A stretch of 60,039 nucleotides of DNA, the filler included, from Sphacelaria rigidula (lineage: Eukaryota): assembly GCA_964200075.2 (NCBI GenBank). It is 3 parts of 3 records of this genome, joined end to end, with 100 filler letters (N's around TTAATTAATTAA, not from the genome) between each part and the next. Parts side by side here need not be neighbours in the genome. Positions count along the whole stretch, not along the records: positions 40,105 to 60,039 come from CAXNAA020000585.1; 2 more parts are not named here. One strand, written 5' to 3'. The notes below the pieces were generated by a model. The model worked only from the letters and a program-made list of their open reading frames with translations, was not told where the DNA came from and did no database searches. Positions 56,291 through 60,039 of the stretch are shown piece by piece. Positions within the stretch are counted from its first letter, which is position 1. The number at the start of each line of letters is the position of its first letter. The translations under genes and the position numbers were made by a program.

Positions 56291-58496
56291 ATGCCTGATA
56301 TTTTGTTCGTTCACTAGCCCAATGCATAGGGCATCTGTGGCCTCCAGTACAATCAACAGTCAACAGAGAACATCGTTTTCTTTCATCCCATTGCCATCAT
56401 CCGCGTCCGGGAAAACATTTCCAAAGGAACATCTAAGGGTCCTCAATGTGGACGCTCAAAAAGACTGAAAGCGACAAACTGCACGCACTTACGGAAAATA
56501 TTCTCTCCCATGATACGTCAAGGCTCTCGAGAGGACGGGATGCGAACTATCAAAACAACCATTGGGAGACGGGCACCCTTGTTCGCCGGATGAGTCATAC
56601 GCCTGGATAGCGAACGCTACCCCAAATAATTGTGGACGTAGTTTGGTAAGGGGGGAGGGAAGGGAGATAAACGTGGAGAGACAAATAACTGGTAGACATG
56701 CCTAACCGACGACCTGGGACATTGTGTATTGAACCTTTTAGCTGGAAGACAAAAGTTAAAAACAGCATCCGTTGGCACGACCAGCTGGACGACGGAGCAA
56801 CGGAATTCATGGCCACATGGGCATCCTAGGAGCCGCTAGTGCAAAAATACACCAAAAAGAGAAAAGGGATAGAAACACGCAAAGAAACCACTTGATCGAA
56901 TGGACTTCCCTCACTTGCCGCCGACTGCGCAGTGCTGCACGCGCTGGTGTTGTTTGGTTCTCTCTTCCCTTTGTGTTGTGGCCTCCGTTGGGTTTCTGTG
57001 CATGTTTTGTTTCTTCTCGGTGATACTTGTACTTCATCTCCCCTTCTCTTTTTTTCCACTCCGTCTTACTTTTATTGATTGCCTCTGCGTCTATGTATCA
57101 TGTACGCGCAGATCTCAGGTTCGTGATCGATAATATTAAACGATAGTACAAGAAATATCGGTGACTCCCGATATATCGGCGCGAAGATGCCGGTGGTTGC
57201 GCCTCCAAGCGTTAGGCAAGGGTGCAACCCGACGCAAATAGGGTCCTCATCGGCCAATGAGGGGGCCGCGCTGGAAGCGCCGCCGGAGGCAGGAAAAAAT
57301 GCGCGACTTGGGGGGGGTTTTTAGTAGCAGTGGGAAAAACGGGCGCGTTCGGCACACAAAAGTTTACTGAACCGGAGTGATGATTGCTGCACCGATAATG
57401 CATGAACCTTGTATATAGCCTATTTGCTACACGGCTGAGGCCAGGCGGCTATATCGGGCACGATCTGCTTTGTCAGCGCCATGGGTTTGAAATGACTGGC
57501 GGGGTGAAGAGCTAGAGCTTACTTCAGCACAACTCTCCCGAATATCACAACTCGAGGCCGATTATCACAGTACAATCCGCCAGTTGCAGCAGTCGTCCAC
57601 GGTGTGCGCAGACCGTGCAATCGTTATGAGCGCGGAATCTCATGAGGTGACAGGCGCTAGTCGACAAAAATATAAGATCAAAAAGCTGTTCATGGTGATA
57701 TAGGAGCTGCCCAGCAGCTTTAGGTAGGTATTGCTAAGTGGCAGCAGATTGCAGCCTTGATGAACACATATGAAGGCATCTTCGCGACACTATGACAGCA
57801 ACATGTCGGGAAACGGGTGATACCGGCCTCTATAGCAATATTCCCGAGGCGCAAGTGAATTTCAAGGCGGTTGTTCTTAGTATTATGCTGCCACTGTGTT
57901 TGCGATCTTGTCGTATTCCCTTGCTGTCGTGTTGATACCTGTGTCTTGTCTTGTCTTGATCCATCATTGTCTGGGTGAGAAAATAAACAGAGCGGATCGC
58001 TGATTTGGTGACCCGAACACTTTTGTTTATACCTCCCATATTTTCCTCGCCTATCGCTGGCAATCAGTCGGAAGGCCGAAACTCATTCTGACAGATCGTA
58101 AAAGGTGGTGAGACCGGTGAACGGGAACATACTCGGTGCCATTGCGGTTTTGTAGCGGCCATGTAGTGCGGCTAGACACACGAAGCTCGGATGCACCCAG
58201 CATTCACAGGAGATGTAGCTCGTGATCTACAGTATTGGGCCTAGTGTACCTTTTGTTGGTTGGTTCCAAAAGGAACTAAGTGAGAATCCGCGCTTTCAGT
58301 AGTCAAGACACAGTAAAACAACGCAAACGGTGCGCAAATGGATTGTCATTCATCCCTTACGGTGCCTGCGAAAGCTCAAAATGCCGGTTCGGGTGAGGAG
58401 ACAATAGTGCACGAACGTGTACTCGCAGAGAGATGGTCCACGTCCACCAACTGTTGGCGCACGTCGCGATTCAGACAACATTTTAATTGTCATAGA

Positions 58497-59190
58497 AGGC
58501 ACCGCTGAGCATCACCACAAAACTCATCCGGTGGAAATTAGTAACGCCGAGTGAAACGAAAAAAATTTAACTCGAGTGAAAAGTGAGTTGAGTTGTCGGA
58601 CTGTGGAAATAGGTACCGCTGAGTTGTGCCATACAACCTTTTCATGGAAAGACTGACTGAGGTGTCATGTAACCCATCCATGGAAATAGGTACCCCTGAG
58701 TTATACCCTAGAAGTCATTCAGTGGAAATAGGGATGCTGAGGTATACCGTATAACTCGGGCGAAGTTCTACGAAAATGAGTTGACTCGCGTTGAGGTGAG
58801 TTGGGTTGCCCGTTAATTCTTGCGTGGCAATATACGAGTACTGGCGGCAGACCAGGCCGCCGCTGCTGCTGTGGCTCGCTGACGAGATCCACGTCATCCT
58901 GTTCACTGCCCCCTTCATCTGTTGCACCTATGGGCCCAAGGCGGACGCCATACTACACAACCATGCGCCGTGTGCCGTTTGTCGCACGCAAACCAACTCT
59001 CTCTGCCATTTATGAAGAGCTCGCGTGTATGTATGTGTTTGTGAGAAAAATACAATCGAAGTACGTAATAAGCGGTACACCTTCACTATTAATTAACCCT
59101 AGTGGCAACATGCACCGCTGAGTTGTGCGTAGAACATGCAATGGGAAAAGGTACCTCTGAGTTATACCGCACAACTCATCCCGTGGGGGT
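58497..59190. repeat. Degenerate ~42-bp GTGGAAATAGGTACCGCTGAGTT... repeats
   Basis: Copies at ~58497-58760 and ~59100-59190; several contain TGAGTT..AACTCA mini-hairpins. Confidence 0.65.
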
Positions 59191-59665
59191 ATAGTATTGT
59201 TTGTCGTACTGACTGTACCACACGAACCACCCCTGGTTAGGCTGGAATACCCGCGATCCATCCGTGAAAAATGCAATGCACTCTGTTCTATTCTGGAACC
59301 AAGTAAAACGTTGAAAATCATCCGCAAACGCGATGAGACGACTGTCGGAGGAAGATCAACATGTTAACGTGGCAGTGCCTGCTGAACGAGTTTCCGCTCG
59401 ATTCTGCCAGAAGATTGCCACAGCAACCGCTCTCATTCTCGTGAGATCGTCGTGGTGCCCGGCCACGTAAGTCTGGCACTGTCTGGAAGGAGACGTCGCT
59501 CCCTCCTCGAGCAGCTCAACGGTGGTCCTTGGCACAAGACATTGTTCTGTTCGGCTCGGTTGTACGGCCGTGTGTTGCTCAACACAGCATATAACAGTCA
59601 AGGTCATCTTCCTATAAGGCCGTTTCTTCCAGTTTATATTTTGTTTGGCTCGTATTTTCCACTTG

Positions 59666-59980
59666 TAGGACATTTGACAAGCTTTTTGACCCCCAAACAG
59701 GGAAAATCGCCACCACACGTCTTGGACACTTTGTATCACCCCACCGAGAGGAGTCTAGCACACTTTTCTGATTCGCTTGGGTCACAGATTTCGAGAGCGG
59801 CCTCTGGACAAAAATACGACGAGAACATATATTGCACAGCACAGGCCGCTCTCGAAATCTCTGACCTAAGCGAATCAGAAAAGTGTGCTAGGCTCCTCTC
59901 GGTGGGGTGATACAAAGTGTCCAAGGGGTGTGGCGGCGATTTTCCCTGTTTGGAGGTCAAAAAGCTTGTCAAATGCCCTG
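59666..59980. mobile_element. 315-bp fold-back element (MITE-like), ~140-bp arms
   Basis: 59666-59805 is the reverse complement of ~59841-59980 with roughly 8 mismatches; short central loop. Confidence 0.9.
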
Positions 59981-60039
59981 TGTTGTTGTTGTTGTGTTGT
60001 CGTCCCATTTATTCTGGGCGCCAGTCTACCCCTCTCGGG
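59981..60039 (-). mobile_element. 3' end of the same retroposon-like repeat as 39843-40004, with (CAA)n tail
   Basis: Shared 34-bp terminal sequence. Confidence 0.65.

Noticed and set aside
59452..60008. Opposite-strand ORFs with near-identical peptides
   Set aside because: A by-product of the 315-bp inverted repeat.

Overview
Eukaryotic, intron-rich DNA, most consistent with a brown alga (Phaeophyceae, Ectocarpus-like gene and repeat content; this assignment is an inference). The window is not one locus. It is three contigs (1-19953, 20054-40004, 40105-60039; 19953, 19951 and 19935 bp) joined by identical 100-nt artificial spacers (44N-TTAATTAATTAA-44N). Contig 1 holds the last three exons of a ROCO (Roc-COR, LRR-GTPase type) gene with repeat-filled introns, a degenerate RTE-type LINE, and a decayed Ty3/Gypsy element that runs straight into (TTAGGG)n, possibly a real chromosome end. 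Contig 2 holds a LINE fragment, a 10-exon gene predicted to encode a WW-like domain plus RNI-like LRRs, and a dense field of satellites and fold-back elements. Contig 3 holds PYROXD1 (+) and an organellar-type glutamate-tRNA ligase (-) tail-to-tail, both lacking their first exon(s) here, followed by repeat arrays and a 315-bp hairpin. Exon models were built by eye from splice sites and phase continuity; no database searches were run. I found no clear-cut novel multi-gene system. The best leads are the telomere-capped retrotransposon next to a ROCO gene, the C-tailed LINE/SINE-like families, and the WW-LRR gene.
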